Assembly (NCBI GenBank): GCA_964304625.1
Contig: OZ199838.1
Location: 11,371,608-11,435,607 of the forward strand
Length of the DNA: 64,000 nucleotides
Reading direction: 5' to 3'
Origin: Kudoa neothunni
Lineage: Eukaryota; Animalia; Cnidaria
Shown: positions 1 to 13,322 of the stretch, in pieces
How the letters are laid out: the number at the start of each line of letters is the position of its first letter
Position numbering within the stretch: position 1 is the first letter of the stretch
Notes under the pieces: model-generated
What the model was told of the DNA's origin: nothing
Databases searched by the model: none
What the model saw: the letters and a program-made list of their open reading frames with translations, nothing else
Translations under genes and position numbers: made by a program

Positions 1-644
1 GTAACATATGTTGATCATTTGGGGTCGCTTGATGAGTTAACTTTGTTTCGTTCTCCATTTTGAAGTGTTCTATGTTACTCATAAAACAACAATATATAAA
101 TTAATTCAATACAAATCGAATCGAATGCAAAGGTTAAAATAACATTTACTATCCTGAGGGTATCCTACACGACATGGTTCCGCGTTTTCCTGCGCCGTTC
201 AAATTAGTAAAAAAAAATTTTCATGACCCATATTGTGAACACTGCTCTAAGTAAAGTAGCTGAAAAAATTACACCCCCAAATAAAAATTGGTTGGAAACT
301 TACCCCACGATTTTATTTCGTGATTCTTTACGACTTAGAAATCGTTTTACCAAATAGAATGCCCCGTAATCAAATAGAACTCACATGTATATTCAAACAT
401 GGTGGGAGACGCAAGGTTGCATGATCAGAACGGTTTCCACTAACCAAAAAATATTTTTAACGGTATTCTCAATTGCAGTGCTCATATTGCATAATATTAG
501 ACTCAAAAATGTGAGTGTACTTATTGAACAGTGTAAATAAGGCGCGTAGAGGGTTAATTTGTTGTTCTTTAAATTTTCAAATAATTCGTCATAGAAAGTT
601 GGATAAAATATAGCTGAATTAAAACTTTTTTTGTTTATAAGCTT

Positions 645-1080
645 AAAATTTTAGGACAACTTCTTACGTTGTGAAGTTTTTACTAGTTAGACCACCTCTA
701 TTAACGCTATATGCACCGCACGACGAGTAAAATCTACCCTCTCTCGCTCCTTATATCTCTGGAATAGTGTGGGATTTAACGCATTAAACATCCTTGTTTC
801 AGGGAAACCACCAACCCAAATCTTATCTATAAGAACTTTAGCTCTACAGAGATCGCAAGCCCGTTAATATATCCTCGACGATTGAAACTTCTAATTCAAC
901 CTCCTATGCTAGATCGAACTTTAACTTCAGGTGAAATTTCACTTATGTGCAATTTCACTCTAACAACAGCTCCCATTACGAGAAAGGGACCCTCGCACGG
1001 AAACAGTAGACTGATCAGTAGCTGGAATCAAACCCAATATCTCCAGGTACTGAGTCCAGTTATCACACCACGGAGCTATT
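645..1080 (-). mobile_element. Degenerate tRNA-derived SINE sharing its 3' half with the SINEs at 4067 and 40122
   Basis: Positions ~652-820 align with ~4091-4248 (caactt-tta-gt-gtgaagttt, tagtgtgggattt, aaacatcct-gtttc). The other end reads on the minus strand as a tRNA-like head with a B-box-like ggtttgattcc. Confidence 0.55.
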
Positions 1081-1735
1081 TTTTCATTGGTTTCTACATT
1101 AAAGCCTAGAGTCAGATTCGAAATATCCTTTATAACGGAGGAGTTATTCGTTACCATGAGAATAACCAGTCCCGGGAAGGGATTAAACGGATTCATGAGA
1201 ATAGCTACTGCAAAAAATAAATGTAAACTTCAAATTAACTTCTATTTAACATTTAAATTTTAATTAAATCTAAGAAAAAATTTTATGGGTAAAATTAGAC
1301 AAAATAAATAGATAACGTTATAATGGGGGAAAATTTACTTTAAGATTGCGATAATTGCGAAAAACATAAATTTTAATTTAATACACACCTTTTAATTTAT
1401 TATTGTTTGCAAAATAAGTGCTAACATTACACCTTCACTCACAAGGGTACGAGGCTGGGCTGGATTAGGCCGCTGCTTAAACTCTCGTACAAGTCATAAG
1501 AGATGTTAATTACCAATAATAATGCTAACAACTTTATAATAAATTTACTTATATAAAATTTAACAAATAATACTTTGAAATAGAAAAATTTCGTTAGAAG
1601 TTGAATTGACAAGATTAGAAGCCTCATTATCGTGTTAGACTTTCTCAAGCCTGGACTGCGAAATACGCTGGAAGTTAAAAAGCACGAGCTAACATAAGAC
1701 GGCGAAATAAAAATATTTCAATTTTTTCGTATATT

Positions 1736-2555
1736 CTAATAAATTGGGAGCATTGAAGGTTGAAAAAAGTGCAATTTAGGAACAATGAATTTATCAAATT
1801 GATTAATTTTCAATTTTCGGTAGATCGGTCGGATCACTTGATTATAAATGATGATTTTAGCATCGTTGCTATCTCTGAATAGCCTAATTAACGAACAATT
1901 ACACAAGCTTATGAATAGATCTATAAACATCAACACAAGTACATATATTCGTTGAACAAGTTTACGATGAGAAGTAATGAATCTTTGTAAGAGCTATCTC
2001 TAGAAACATTTTCCAATAGATAATTCTCAGAAATATGATAAGATGACAATCTTAACCTTTTATTGTAAATAGCGCCTGTTAATATCACAAACTTATATTT
2101 TATACTAACTGAATTGTATTCATTCAAAAACAAAGTTGATTTAGGAGAAACAAATTCCAGACTGGTAACCACGCCACAGACCCTCTCATTTTTATAATTC
2201 AATATTATGAATGATATTTTTCTTGGAGATAATTTTCAGTCATTATTAGACAAAAGTGTGTAATATATCCTATCGTTGAACTTATTATTTGAAACAAAAA
2301 TAGATTTTTATTGAATCAAATATTTACTTTATTGGCGAGGCGCTAATAGTTATTAAATTCCATAGAAATTTGTTTTGGATAAATAGTCTCGAAATATCCA
2401 GCTTTATACTAATCGACTTAATAAAAAAAGTTTCATTGTACAAATATTGGTGTCTAGAGTGAATACTTGTGTAACAAATATCGAGAAATTTCCTATAATT
2501 GCTGTAAACAACATAAACCCCTCTATATCCTAATACGTACTAATGGTTTTTGTCA
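1736..2555 (-). pseudogene. Possible fragmented coding sequence, unknown product
   Basis: Successive stop-poor minus-strand frames (ORFs 1930-2202 and 1736-1936 plus upstream pieces) that only join through frameshifts. No recognisable motif. Confidence 0.25.
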
Positions 2556-2803
2556 TCGTCTATAACATAAATTTTTGGGTATTTTTTAGTTGGTAAATAA
2601 GGGAATTCAAGTCTAAGGGTGTATTACTAACTTATCAGCTTCCGATGTAAATATGAGAATATAGTTTAGTGATTTGTGGCGGGATTATGTGAGTTTTTAA
2701 TAATTAATCAAATCAATATCAAAGTGATCTTATCTAATCAGCTATCAAAAATCTAATTCTTATGAGATAAATAGATAATAGATGAGTATTAAAATCATTC
2801 ATA

Positions 2804-3953
2804 ATGTGTTCACAGCGAGTGACTTTAACTTTGAATAGAAAGCTAAATTTAATATCTCGCGTTATAGATTATGGTAAAAGTTTCTGAAATATTCTCAGGA
2901 AAGCATGCACACATACACACACTTATTTCACCAATAATTCTTCTGAGTGGTTTAATATTCCTGTGATATTACTATAGTGTGGGAGACAATTTAATACTTA
3001 ATTTTGTTGTAGCTATATAATGGCTGTAGTTGAGTCGGGAATCAAACAAAGCCCAATTAGTATCGAGTAAAATTATATCATTTAATAATTTATATTGTGT
3101 GCTTGGAATAATCGATGTATTTGCAATCAAGAGAAATCACCGAAAACACCACAAAGACCCCCTATTTTCAACTCCTCTTATTGCTCTCTACCAACTCATG
3201 TCTATCACTTTAATATCCACTCTTGAACTAATGACTCACGTTAAATATTATAGATATGCTTGTGACAAAAAAACGTTACAGGATGCTCAAATTTACAGAC
3301 ATGGACGAAAAGATAGCACACATATCCTCGTATGCAGCATTGTTTATTGGTCCGCTTATTCATGGACTGTTTTTATTCCCTGTATATTTTTATCAAATCA
3401 ACCACAATGATCACATAAACCTGTGATCTATTTTTAGATTAACAATATACTATAAAATTTTTATTATTTTATTAAGATATCTCGATATCCTATTATCCAC
3501 AATGTGTGTTGGTTGGGCCATTTCATAGTGGTATTAATCTATGTGCTTTTCAACATATGCTATTCCAGATACAAAATGAAATCGAGCTCACGTCATGCTT
3601 CTCTGCATAAATGTTTGTTTATAGTTCGTTTGGCTCTCGCGTGTTTTCTGATTTGTTTACTCATCGTACAGACCTCCGGTAACTATCGGAGAACTACATT
3701 AATAAATATTTATCTTAAATAATAGCTATCTTGTACACTTCTGTTCACTCGGACCACCCTGAATCAAGAACTTACAAGGTAGATTTGTTTGGCGCATCAG
3801 TTATATATTGTTTTTAAGAATTTTAGAGCTGTTGGAGCAGTTTCTCAATGGATGCAAATTCTTGTAGAAATTATCACATTATTCAGCTATTATTTTGATA
3901 TGAGGATCGAAGTTAAGTCAACAGAACAAAGTCAATTACAACTTGAGCAATGA
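2804..3953 (+). CDS. DRAM/TMEM150-like (Frag1/DRAM/Sfk1 family) multipass membrane protein, paralogue A (most divergent), 8 exons
   Basis: Hand-spliced at GT-AG introns into an open frame: MCSQR|IMVKVSEIFSGKHAHIHTLISP...SPISIEEITEN...KKRYRML...ISRYPIIHNVC...LFIVRLAL...GAVSQWMQIL...FSYYFDMR...LEQ*. Intron positions and phases match the other four copies. Confidence 0.75.
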
Positions 3954-4066
3954 AACATAACTTTCTCTAATATTAACTCTATCATGTTATTTAATGAACA
4001 TCATAATATTTTTTTCGCGCAAAAACAATATTTTTATTGACTCTATTGACACAAGTGATTCCTAAC

Positions 4067-4565
4067 TTTTTTTACAGGGTCAAACCCTTGGAGCAACTTG
4101 TTAGGTCGTGAAGTTTGGGCTGGTTAGGCCCTTCTCCGTTTACGGTGTACGTGTCGCAGCGTCATGTTGAGGCCACATACGTTTATGCGGTAGTGTGGGA
4201 TTTTAACCCACGAAACATCCTCGTTTCGGAGCAACTACCATCTCAATCAAACCCTGGAGTAACCCAGAGTTAGTCTGGAACAATCATCTGAATGTGAGAG
4301 TCGGCTCGACTGAAGCCCCCTACTGGGGTTTATTTTGTTCCTTTATCAGGACGTTTGTGAGCACCGGAGCTTTATCCTTCCGCCAGGCTCCCCTCCCAGC
4401 TGCAAGCAAGACCGCGATACGTCGTATTCCTTGCGATTACTACAACCTCCCTACTTAATTTCGGATTAGGAGTACAGAAACACCCGGAGTAGACCTCGAA
4501 CTAGCAACCCCATGATATGCAAGCTCAACCTAACACCACTATGCCATATTGTCCAGGCTACATAG
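4067..4565 (-). mobile_element. Full-length tRNA-derived SINE with 12-bp target-site duplication
   Basis: Direct repeat gtgattcctaac at 4055-4066 and 4566-4577. Minus strand has A box TGGCATAGTGG (4546-4536), B-box-like GTTCGAGGTC (4501-4492) and an oligo-A tail (t run 4067-4073). Colinear homologue at 40122-40623. Confidence 0.88.
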
Positions 4566-4661
4566 GTGATTCCTAACGATTGAAAGTTTCGGGCAGATAA
4601 AATTAATTAGAAGGGAATTTATTATAAATCTGTTTTTTAATATTGTTGGTATAATTTAGTG

Positions 4662-7570
4662 CAGTGAAACCCGATTATATGAATTTCGATCAATTGGAAA
4701 TCGCGCTATCCGAACGATTTTAAAAGGCAGTGGCTATACTTACGGTAAAGAATATCTCCTAAAATAGCTAAGATATTACAAAACTGATTTCATTAATGTG
4801 TGAAATTATTTTTAGTTCCTCGGAAATGAAATCTCATAAAGTTATCTTTCTATTAAAATTTATTGATGAGTTTGAGCGCTATATCGTAATTAGTTCTTTA
4901 AATTCGCCTACTTATATACCTATTTTTAAAAATTATTTATAATTGTGCTTTTATCTTGCATATTCTACGTGCTCGTTGAATTTAAGTTGCGCTCGATTTC
5001 TCCGTTGCTTATTTAACAGATACGATATTCTGTATAGTCGATTAAATAAAAGAAAACGTGATAAATTTTTTTAACATTATTTAATATTATATATTTCTTT
5101 CGTAAAATGTATTGGAATAAATATATGGCTACTGCATCTCACAGATCATCCGATGACTAATATGTATTCAATATTTCACGAGGCTATATTTAAACTAATT
5201 TATACTGGAATAATAACAGATCTATTTTTAATTATTCGTACATCATAATTTTATTTTTTTTTGGATTGTCAATAATGCTGTTCTATTATCTTCTAATACG
5301 TAAAATTTTGATGGGAAATTTATATCAAACAATGATGGTTAGAAATCTTGGTTTCAATAAATACCTAAATAGACACGGTTTTACCACTCCTAATATTTGG
5401 CGCTTGCGAATTCTTTGGACGGATTGTAGATTGTAGTTGGGCATTTCAGATATTAAGGTTTTTTCAAATTTATATTTCTTATATATAATAAATTAATTTT
5501 AAATTTTATTTAAATATTCATTATCCGGAATAAAAATTATTATATATAATTATAAATTTTTTAATTTAAAATATTTGAGCAGCAATCTTACCTCAAGAGA
5601 AACTAGACTTAATATTCTCTAAGTGTTATTTTCGTTAGACGCACAATTCACAAAAACATATACTAATGTCAAAATTTTTGTAGATAGGTGAAATATTACT
5701 ATTAATTTCTTGTTTTATTACCATGATTATTTATAACAACCTGACTGATTTGTGATTTCTTCCAGGTGGGGATAGCATAAGTTGCCGCTATGCTCTACTG
5801 AAAACAACGCTAATATTCAAAACATACAAACAATTTTTGTAGTATCCTATTAAATATCAAAATAGATCCCCTTTTTAATTTCACCATTTCGTTATCAATT
5901 CTATGGGTTGATTATCAATGTAGATAAATTTTTTTACTTATAAATTAATGTGATTAATGCGGAACAAACCTTTTCCAATGCTATTTTAACAAAAGCTTGG
6001 TCTAAGAAATTACATTATTTTAAAATTTTAAGCATTAAATTTATACAAAAACCCCATAGTTAGATAAAAATGATTTCCTATTCTCAAAATTCTAGAATTA
6101 GAAACTGTTAACATTATCTTCTAAATTTATTATACGTTAAACATGCCAATTTTAAATGAAATCCAACGAATAGATTTGAAAATTTCGTTGAAAAGCAACA
6201 GTTTTGCAGCATTGAAAACGACGTTGCGTATGTATTAGACAAGGCTATTTTCGCAGGCTAAAACGCATGGTGCACGTGCCTCGCGACTAAAACCTCTGAA
6301 CTTATTAGAAGCATGGAAAATGTCATTTTCATCATTTAAGAAATATTTTACACTTCAGTATATTTATGAATAGGTGAATTTTAAGTAAATTCAATAAATT
6401 AAGGATGATTCAAGAATCATACTCATCAGAAATTTTTAATCAAAAAAAATAAATTGATAAATTTTGTAGAAATGAGGAAATAAAAAATAGCTTTACACAT
6501 TAGTGAAATCAGTTTTGTAATATCTTAGCTATTCTAGGAGATATTCTTTACCGTAAGAATAGCCAGTGCTTTTTTAAAATTTGTTTGAAATTGGTGTATA
6601 ATCTAAATAAAAAAATCGATTAACCAAATATTCAGTAACCGCAATCCGAAACAACTTTCTGTTTGAATTCTTGGTTGAAAGTACACTGAAATCTAGATTA
6701 GTGCCCGACTACAATGAAAAGTGGGTTTATTTTTATGATATATTTAATTTCTTTAGTTTAAGTTTATCTTTGATAACTAGAAGCAAATTGGCATAAATAA
6801 GATAGAATTTTAAGTCAACAATACAACCATGTTGATTGAGAGCAGATAAATTTTGGGGAAGACAATTTATCTTTCGCATCTTTATGAATAATTGAATATA
6901 ATTGTAACGGAAATTATGGGATTTTTGAATCACAAACTATCAGTGACATCATAAGATTAATTTATCCATGGAGCTGGCCCAATTAAACAATCATCACATT
7001 TTTGTATTTTTTTATAACATCTCCGATTTTAAAATCTTATCGAAAGGTATTTTTCACCAAGTAATATTTATTAGAAGAATAAGGTGTATCTTTAAAAAAG
7101 AGGATATACTAAAAATCGTTATGAAAAACTCAGAGAAATTACTCCTCATTGATACCTTAATTATTTTTACCAACCTTATTTGTGCAACTCACAATATCTA
7201 TATATGAGATAAATTAATAATTTCGTAATAATGACCGATTTTCTAGAATCTAGTAAGTTTCGTCCTAATACAGCGCAGTAACAATCCCGCCTTGTATACC
7301 AGCAGTATGCACGCACCGACAAATTTGGTACCAAAATTTTTATCTTAAAGCAATGTCTTCATTTTTATTCACCATTATATTTTATATATAGTTGATTTGT
7401 TATTTTGAATATAAAACAAACGTAGAATCTTGAAAAATAAAAAATATAACAAACCCCAAAATTATTCCTTCCGCATATGCGCATATATAGAACTTCGTTT
7501 AACCAAAATTTCAATATCCAAAAGGAAAATGCCAGACCCCCAAATTTTCGAATAATCGGAGTTCAACTTT
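4662..7570. mobile_element. Old pogo/Tc1-type MITE-like element, apparently interrupted by the 4720-6577 element
   Basis: Left end cagtgaaacccgattatatgaa and right end ttcgaataatcggagttcaactt form a degenerate inverted pair resembling the TIRs at 17782/18980. Confidence 0.35.
4720..6577. mobile_element. Non-autonomous DNA transposon with ~100-bp TIRs and TTAA ends (Kolobok-like)
   Basis: ttaaaaggcagtggctatacttacggtaaagaatatctcctaaaatagctaagatattacaaaactgatttca is repeated in inverted form at ~6480-6577 with few mismatches. TTAA at both ends followed by purines, not the piggyBac CCC terminus. Confidence 0.75.
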
Positions 7571-8544
7571 ACATTATCATTGAACTTATATTCCGTTCGT
7601 AAAACTTTTAATTAATCTACTCCAAAACATTAAATGATTTCAAGGTAAATAAATTTAACGAAGCTAACGGTAATTACGAACAAAAAATATGTTAAAAATT
7701 TTGTAATCTGCCATTAGGCTTGAAGAACACTATTCTATGAGGATAAAAATCCTCCAAATTTGGTGGAAAATTTAACAGGAGCGTTTACCATTAGTTAATG
7801 AGGGAAACTTATTGAAAAATCATCTACTTAATTAAAATATCTTGAAACTTCGATCTGTTAAATGGTAAGCTGATAAGCATTACCCTGTCATGGAACCCAC
7901 CTTAGTCTTAACATGGTTACATCATTTTTATAATACTTACATCAATTTAAAAGTTAATACTTTTCAATTTTCTAAACACATGTTAACACTAAATTTTCTT
8001 CAATAGAATCTTTTTACCAAATTTTGGCTTTACTCTTGGAAATTATATTTCAGAAGTACATGTCAAATTATAGACGTCATAATTATCTCATTAATTGTCC
8101 TTGAATGTAATCTAATATCCTTAAGCTGAAAAGTATTTTTAAATTAGTAAAAAAATTTTACATCCACCGAAGTAATTGATACCAATGATTATGATCGGAG
8201 ATATATTCATTTTACCCCGCCTGCAAATAAGATGTTCAGCCGTTATTATCAGATCATTTATACTTTATTGAATTTAATTACTATTATTCGATTAATATTT
8301 TAATTTTTAAGCGAAAATTTGATCGATTGTCGAACGACCATATTTAAATTATGTGCATTATAATAGGCATTCTTCGTTTGGCAAATTAAAATGCTTCGCA
8401 GTCACATATTTTTGACACTAAATTTATTTTATGGGGTTATGAAATCATATAATTCTAATCTCCTTCCTAAAACTTCATTGTGCTTTAGTTATTTGAGTGT
8501 TGATAAGTACATTTTAAGGATTATGATATTAAAAATCCAAAATA

Positions 8545-8762
8545 CAGTAGGTGACGGGACGTGGGCCCTAAAACGGGAGTTGGGTTCGAGGTGCCGACGA
8601 GTCGTAAATTGTAGCTAATTCATGTATACAGCGAATTAAAACAAAAACTAAGGTTTTAATAATTTATTATAATTGTTATGCTTTTATTCGATTCATTATA
8701 ATTAGTAACAGTATTGTGAAGTCATTAAATCATAGCAGGTGCTCACGAGCCGTCACCTACTG
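8545..8762. mobile_element. Tc1/mariner-type MITE (218 bp)
   Basis: TA-cagtaggtgacgg ... ccgtcacctactg-TA: perfect 13-bp terminal inverted repeat that extends imperfectly, with a TA duplication. Confidence 0.85.
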
Positions 8763-10352
8763 TATCGTTACGCAGTAGCGAAGTCCATGATAATTCGAAA
8801 TTTGTAGTATTTAGATAATTAAAAATCCTTTGGGATGTTTTGTATATATTCTATAGTATAATTACTAATAAACGATACGCTTTAATAAATGTGTTCAACA
8901 GTAGAAGAATGATGCACCTTAAATTACGCTATAGCGAGACCTTACTTTACCTATTTTTACTTAAAGTACTCTTAATCTAGTTAAAAATATGGTATGCGAG
9001 TCTCGAATTTTGAAAAATTGCTGACATAACTCCGAGATTTTTTATGACTTAGGATCACCTAAATGATGACGTTATTAAAATAGTTAATTTATAACAATAA
9101 AATAGTGAATGGCAAACTTAATAGATATTAAATAATATTAATTTTTTTAGGATTTACTTCTCCATCATTGTGAATCCCCTTTTTATAATTCTATTTGATT
9201 TCTCCTTTTACAATTAGATTATAATTATAAGCCTTAAAACATAGATTCCGATTAAATCCTTTTATCATTTGTTGACATGTAATTTTTTTAATCTGAATTC
9301 TTGATGTGTTAATTAAAAGGCCGGGGTGGGAACTTCGTTTTCTTTCAAATGCTCATTATATAAATGGCAATATCATCAGTTAAAGTTTAATTTTCTGCAT
9401 TCGAATTCTTAATGGTTAATTACAATTCAAAAGATAGCACGACGTCCAATCTCTATTCTTCATTTTTCTTAAATATATGTATACAATAATAATAATAATA
9501 ATGTAATAACATGTAAAAAATTAAATTTTATATTAACGATGTAAATGTGATTGACGCATGAAATCGGTCTCCATAGTTAAACTTAATGAGAGATTATTTG
9601 AATTCAACATTAACTACATTCTTTAGTAATATTACAATCTGTTTCAGCTAATGGCTGATAATTATATTACTCAATAGTTACACATTATCGAAACTTTGGA
9701 TTTTCGCATTTATATTCTATGGAGAATTTATCATAGAAGTAATTTTATTAACGGATTTCGTTCGAATATTAATAACTATTTCATGTCTGAAAAAGTAATT
9801 GCCTATTAAAAATTAATTAAATAATTTTTTTAATTTTATTAAAGATTTATTATATGTTTATTATTTTTTTATCGTATGAAATCGAAAATAAAATCTTAAA
9901 TTTTTTAAAAAATTGATGCTATATTCATCGTTATTCATAAATGCTAACAGGGTTTATTCGCATTACCTCTAATGTTTCTATTAAATTTATTAAATCTTTT
10001 AATTAAGAGATGTTAAATTTTATTGGTACTTAATGACCCCCAAATTTTCTGTGAGGTTGTACTCGTTGTCCGTGACAATGTACCAATCTTTTATTTTTGT
10101 GCGCTAATTGGTATTTGCATACTGAAGCGAAAACCTTTTTTTCAATTACAAAAAATGTTTCATAAAATTTTGCCTATTTTAAATATACATTAAATAAATT
10201 TTTATTGTTAACAAATTGAATAAAATAAATAAATTAGCCATTAATTTAAAAAATAATACTATTATTAATTTGCGCTTCTAAGAACTGAATCTTAATAGTT
10301 TCGGTGTTAACTCATCCAAAGATTTTTTTTGCTGATTTCGACTCAATAAACT

Positions 10353-11469
10353 ATGAAGTGTATTGAAGCGGTATTCCTTAAATTTACTGTTATTACCCAA
10401 TATTATACTAAATTTTCTACTGTTAGGTTGTTTCTGTATTATCTGGAGAAAACGTTGTATTTCATGCGGTTTTTTCACCCGTATCCTTCATTTTATCAAT
10501 TGCGATACTGTAATTGAACCTACTTATGATGGTTGATAGTAAGCATTCTTGTTTAATTTGAATTTCATAGGGTATTGTTCAACCACCGTGGTTACGAGTT
10601 TGATTACTATCCGCGTTCAATAAGGTACTAATATTTACGAATATTCGCTAGTATTATTATTATATTATGATCACTAGAGAATATGCCGAGGACTCTACTG
10701 CTGGGCCAATATTTAATTCTCTACTATTGGTAACATTCTTATCAAGTGATTATTCAATTCATTTAGTTTCATAAACCTTGTTACCCCCATATTTTTAGAT
10801 ATATGTGTAATTGTCGGTAGATACAACCGTATAAATATGTCTACCTTCCCTGCTGGAGTAAATAAATTTTACTTATGCTTTTCTGTACTTGCTTCATTCT
10901 TATTGCCATTGATGTACATTTTCCTAGTAATTAAGTTAAAATAATTCTGATTATAACATTTTTAAACTCACAGAATTCGTACAACAAATATATACACGGT
11001 ACGTGCTCATTGTTGTTTTACTTCACTTCGTCTATCTATCTCATGTTTAATGCGATATTTTCAAAACATTGTTACAAAAATGCCGACTCCAATAGACTCA
11101 CCCACAGAAAACTTTACCTTTACAGAGCAATTTTGTCTATCTTTTCGGTATTATCCATGATTGCTCAATATTACGGTATCTTGACTATAATTTATTTAAG
11201 ATTAGTTATATAAATAATAATTACGTATGTAGTGGGATTTTTCGAAAATTTTCCAGAGTATTTCGTTACCAAAGAGAAATTCACCTATAAAGTAAGATGA
11301 ATATCTGAAGAGTTTAGATACATTTTAAATTTGCTAGATGTTAAACCAATGTAGCGCATGGTTTGAATATGCCAACATTTTGATATTATTTGCTGGAGCT
11401 ATATCCTACCCCTTTGACATAACTTGTGAACCCGAAAAAGAACTTCCTGAAGACGAAAAGAAATACTGA
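10353..11469 (+). CDS. DRAM/TMEM150-like (Frag1/DRAM/Sfk1 family) membrane protein, paralogue B, 8 exons, intact
   Basis: Spliced product: MKCIEA|VVSVLSGENVVFHAVFSPVSFILSIAIL|VLFNHRGYEFDYYPRSIR|EYAEDSTAGPIFNSLLLVTFLS|NICVIVGRYNRI...LPLMYIFL|NSYNKYIHGTCSLLF...LYRAIL...|VGFFENFPEY...|MLNQCSAWFEYANILILFAGAISYPFDI...KKY*. It has the recalled DRAM-type landmarks P-x-IS...IF, RY after TM2, TM4 His, and A-x-x-E-aromatic...D. Confidence 0.82.
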
Positions 11470-13322
11470 ACGTTACATTAACAATATTTGAATTTATTTT
11501 ACTTATTGCTCGTTTATTTTATTGAATTATTAATTTAAATGTCTATGATTTATGCTCCAATAAGCTATAAAATTATGTTTTCAGCTGGAATAGACGATTC
11601 CCCCATAAACTTCATTACAATTATTAATTAATTTCGCATAATCATCATAAATTTTTATTTATTATTAAGATATCTTTCAATTAAGAGATTTACTATAAAG
11701 TATTCCAAATATTTGGTGAAATTATACGAACTTACTGTATGACTTGATACTCCTATTCTTAAATATATTTATTTCGAACATGAGAATAATCTATTAATAA
11801 TTGATTTTAAAAAATTAAATCACTTAAAGTTTCGGGAAAACTGCAGAACAGTTGTCGCGCATTTACCGATAAAAGATTATAGTTAGCCTCAGCATTAACC
11901 CTATATTGATAAATTAGAATAGTGTGATATTTATTGAATAATTTTTAGTAGGATTTCCTATATATTTCAGATTATCTATTTTTGGGAGAGCGTTGAACAT
12001 TTGCTATAATTTAACATTTAATTCTTGTATAAAATATGAAATTCATGTTTTAGATCCCAATAAAGAATAATAGATGTTTTCTTGTTGAGAAATTGTGACA
12101 ACCCATAAAAATCAAAATTTTCGAATACATAAACAGTGATTTATTAGATTGAGCGGTATGACCTCTAAAAATGATTACAGTAAAACGAGGAGAAAAAATA
12201 TTCAATTTAATAAACCGTTAAAAAATTGAATAGTAAATTTAAAATATTCATGCATTGAACCTAAGAAACATACAGGAATAAAATAAATAATGAGCCTCGT
12301 CGGTTTGGGTCGTTGTGACCGATTATGACCATTATTCTGAAATTTATATTCAATTTGGATATAATTTGCCCAATAAAATCATTAAAATAAACGTCGTTAT
12401 TAAATAACAAATTAACTAATGAATTATAAAGAATGATATTATTAAGCAGAAAACTCTTAAACAAAATGCGATAAAATATTAAAAATATTTAATCTTTAGG
12501 ATTTCTTTGAAATTATAATTATAAAATGGTTTTTCATTTTGACCAATAATTACTCTTTACTTTTCAAGATTATTCTCGTTGTTATTAATTTTTGTAATTA
12601 CGCCTACTAATTTTAACTTTTAAACAGAGATTAATCTATATTTACAAGTACATTCATAATAAATGCCACAATTAGCATCATTTAAATAAGCATGGGGGGA
12701 TTAACTCTAAGAACTTAAGTGAATTTCATATGTTAAAATTATGTATTTATTCATCGTGGTATGTATTACTGGCTCAAATTTTTTCGTACAGTTAATTATT
12801 CCACTACCTATAATTTAGACATTGAATAATATTTTAATAAATATATTTTGAGTAATTAAATTAAATTTTAATTATAAATACTAATTACAAGAATTAATAG
12901 AGTATTAGAATAAAATCTTAAACATTAAAAATTCGGATTTTGTAGTTATTTTTCTAATTACCTATTTATTATTATATAATGTCATGCTGAATTTATGATC
13001 ACTTGTAATATTATAATTAAATAAAATTAATAGCATAATTTACGGTCATTTGTTGGGAGCTTAATCCGCGTCAATTTGATAATTTTCAAAGTTTCGCAAT
13101 TTAAATGATTTATCTTCTTCTCACATATATAAAATGTGAAGAAAAATATTACACTTTACCTAGTGCATAACGAATATATTATTTTCTTATTACCAAATAT
13201 ATCTAATTATTAAATTCAAACCACGATTATGAATGATCTTTTTAATTTTAGATTAATTAACTATAAATTTATTTTTATTAGCTTGCGTGATTTCAGCTTT
13301 AAATTTTCGTGACTAATACATT

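Noticed and set aside
3030-3410. 126-aa ORF as a stand-alone gene (also 25171-25467 and 26892-27191)
   Set aside because: These are off-frame or intron read-through pieces of the spliced genes described above.
4490-4560. tRNA gene (A and B boxes); likewise 40130-40200
   Set aside because: No convincing cloverleaf, and the boxes are the head of a repeated element with a tail and TSD.
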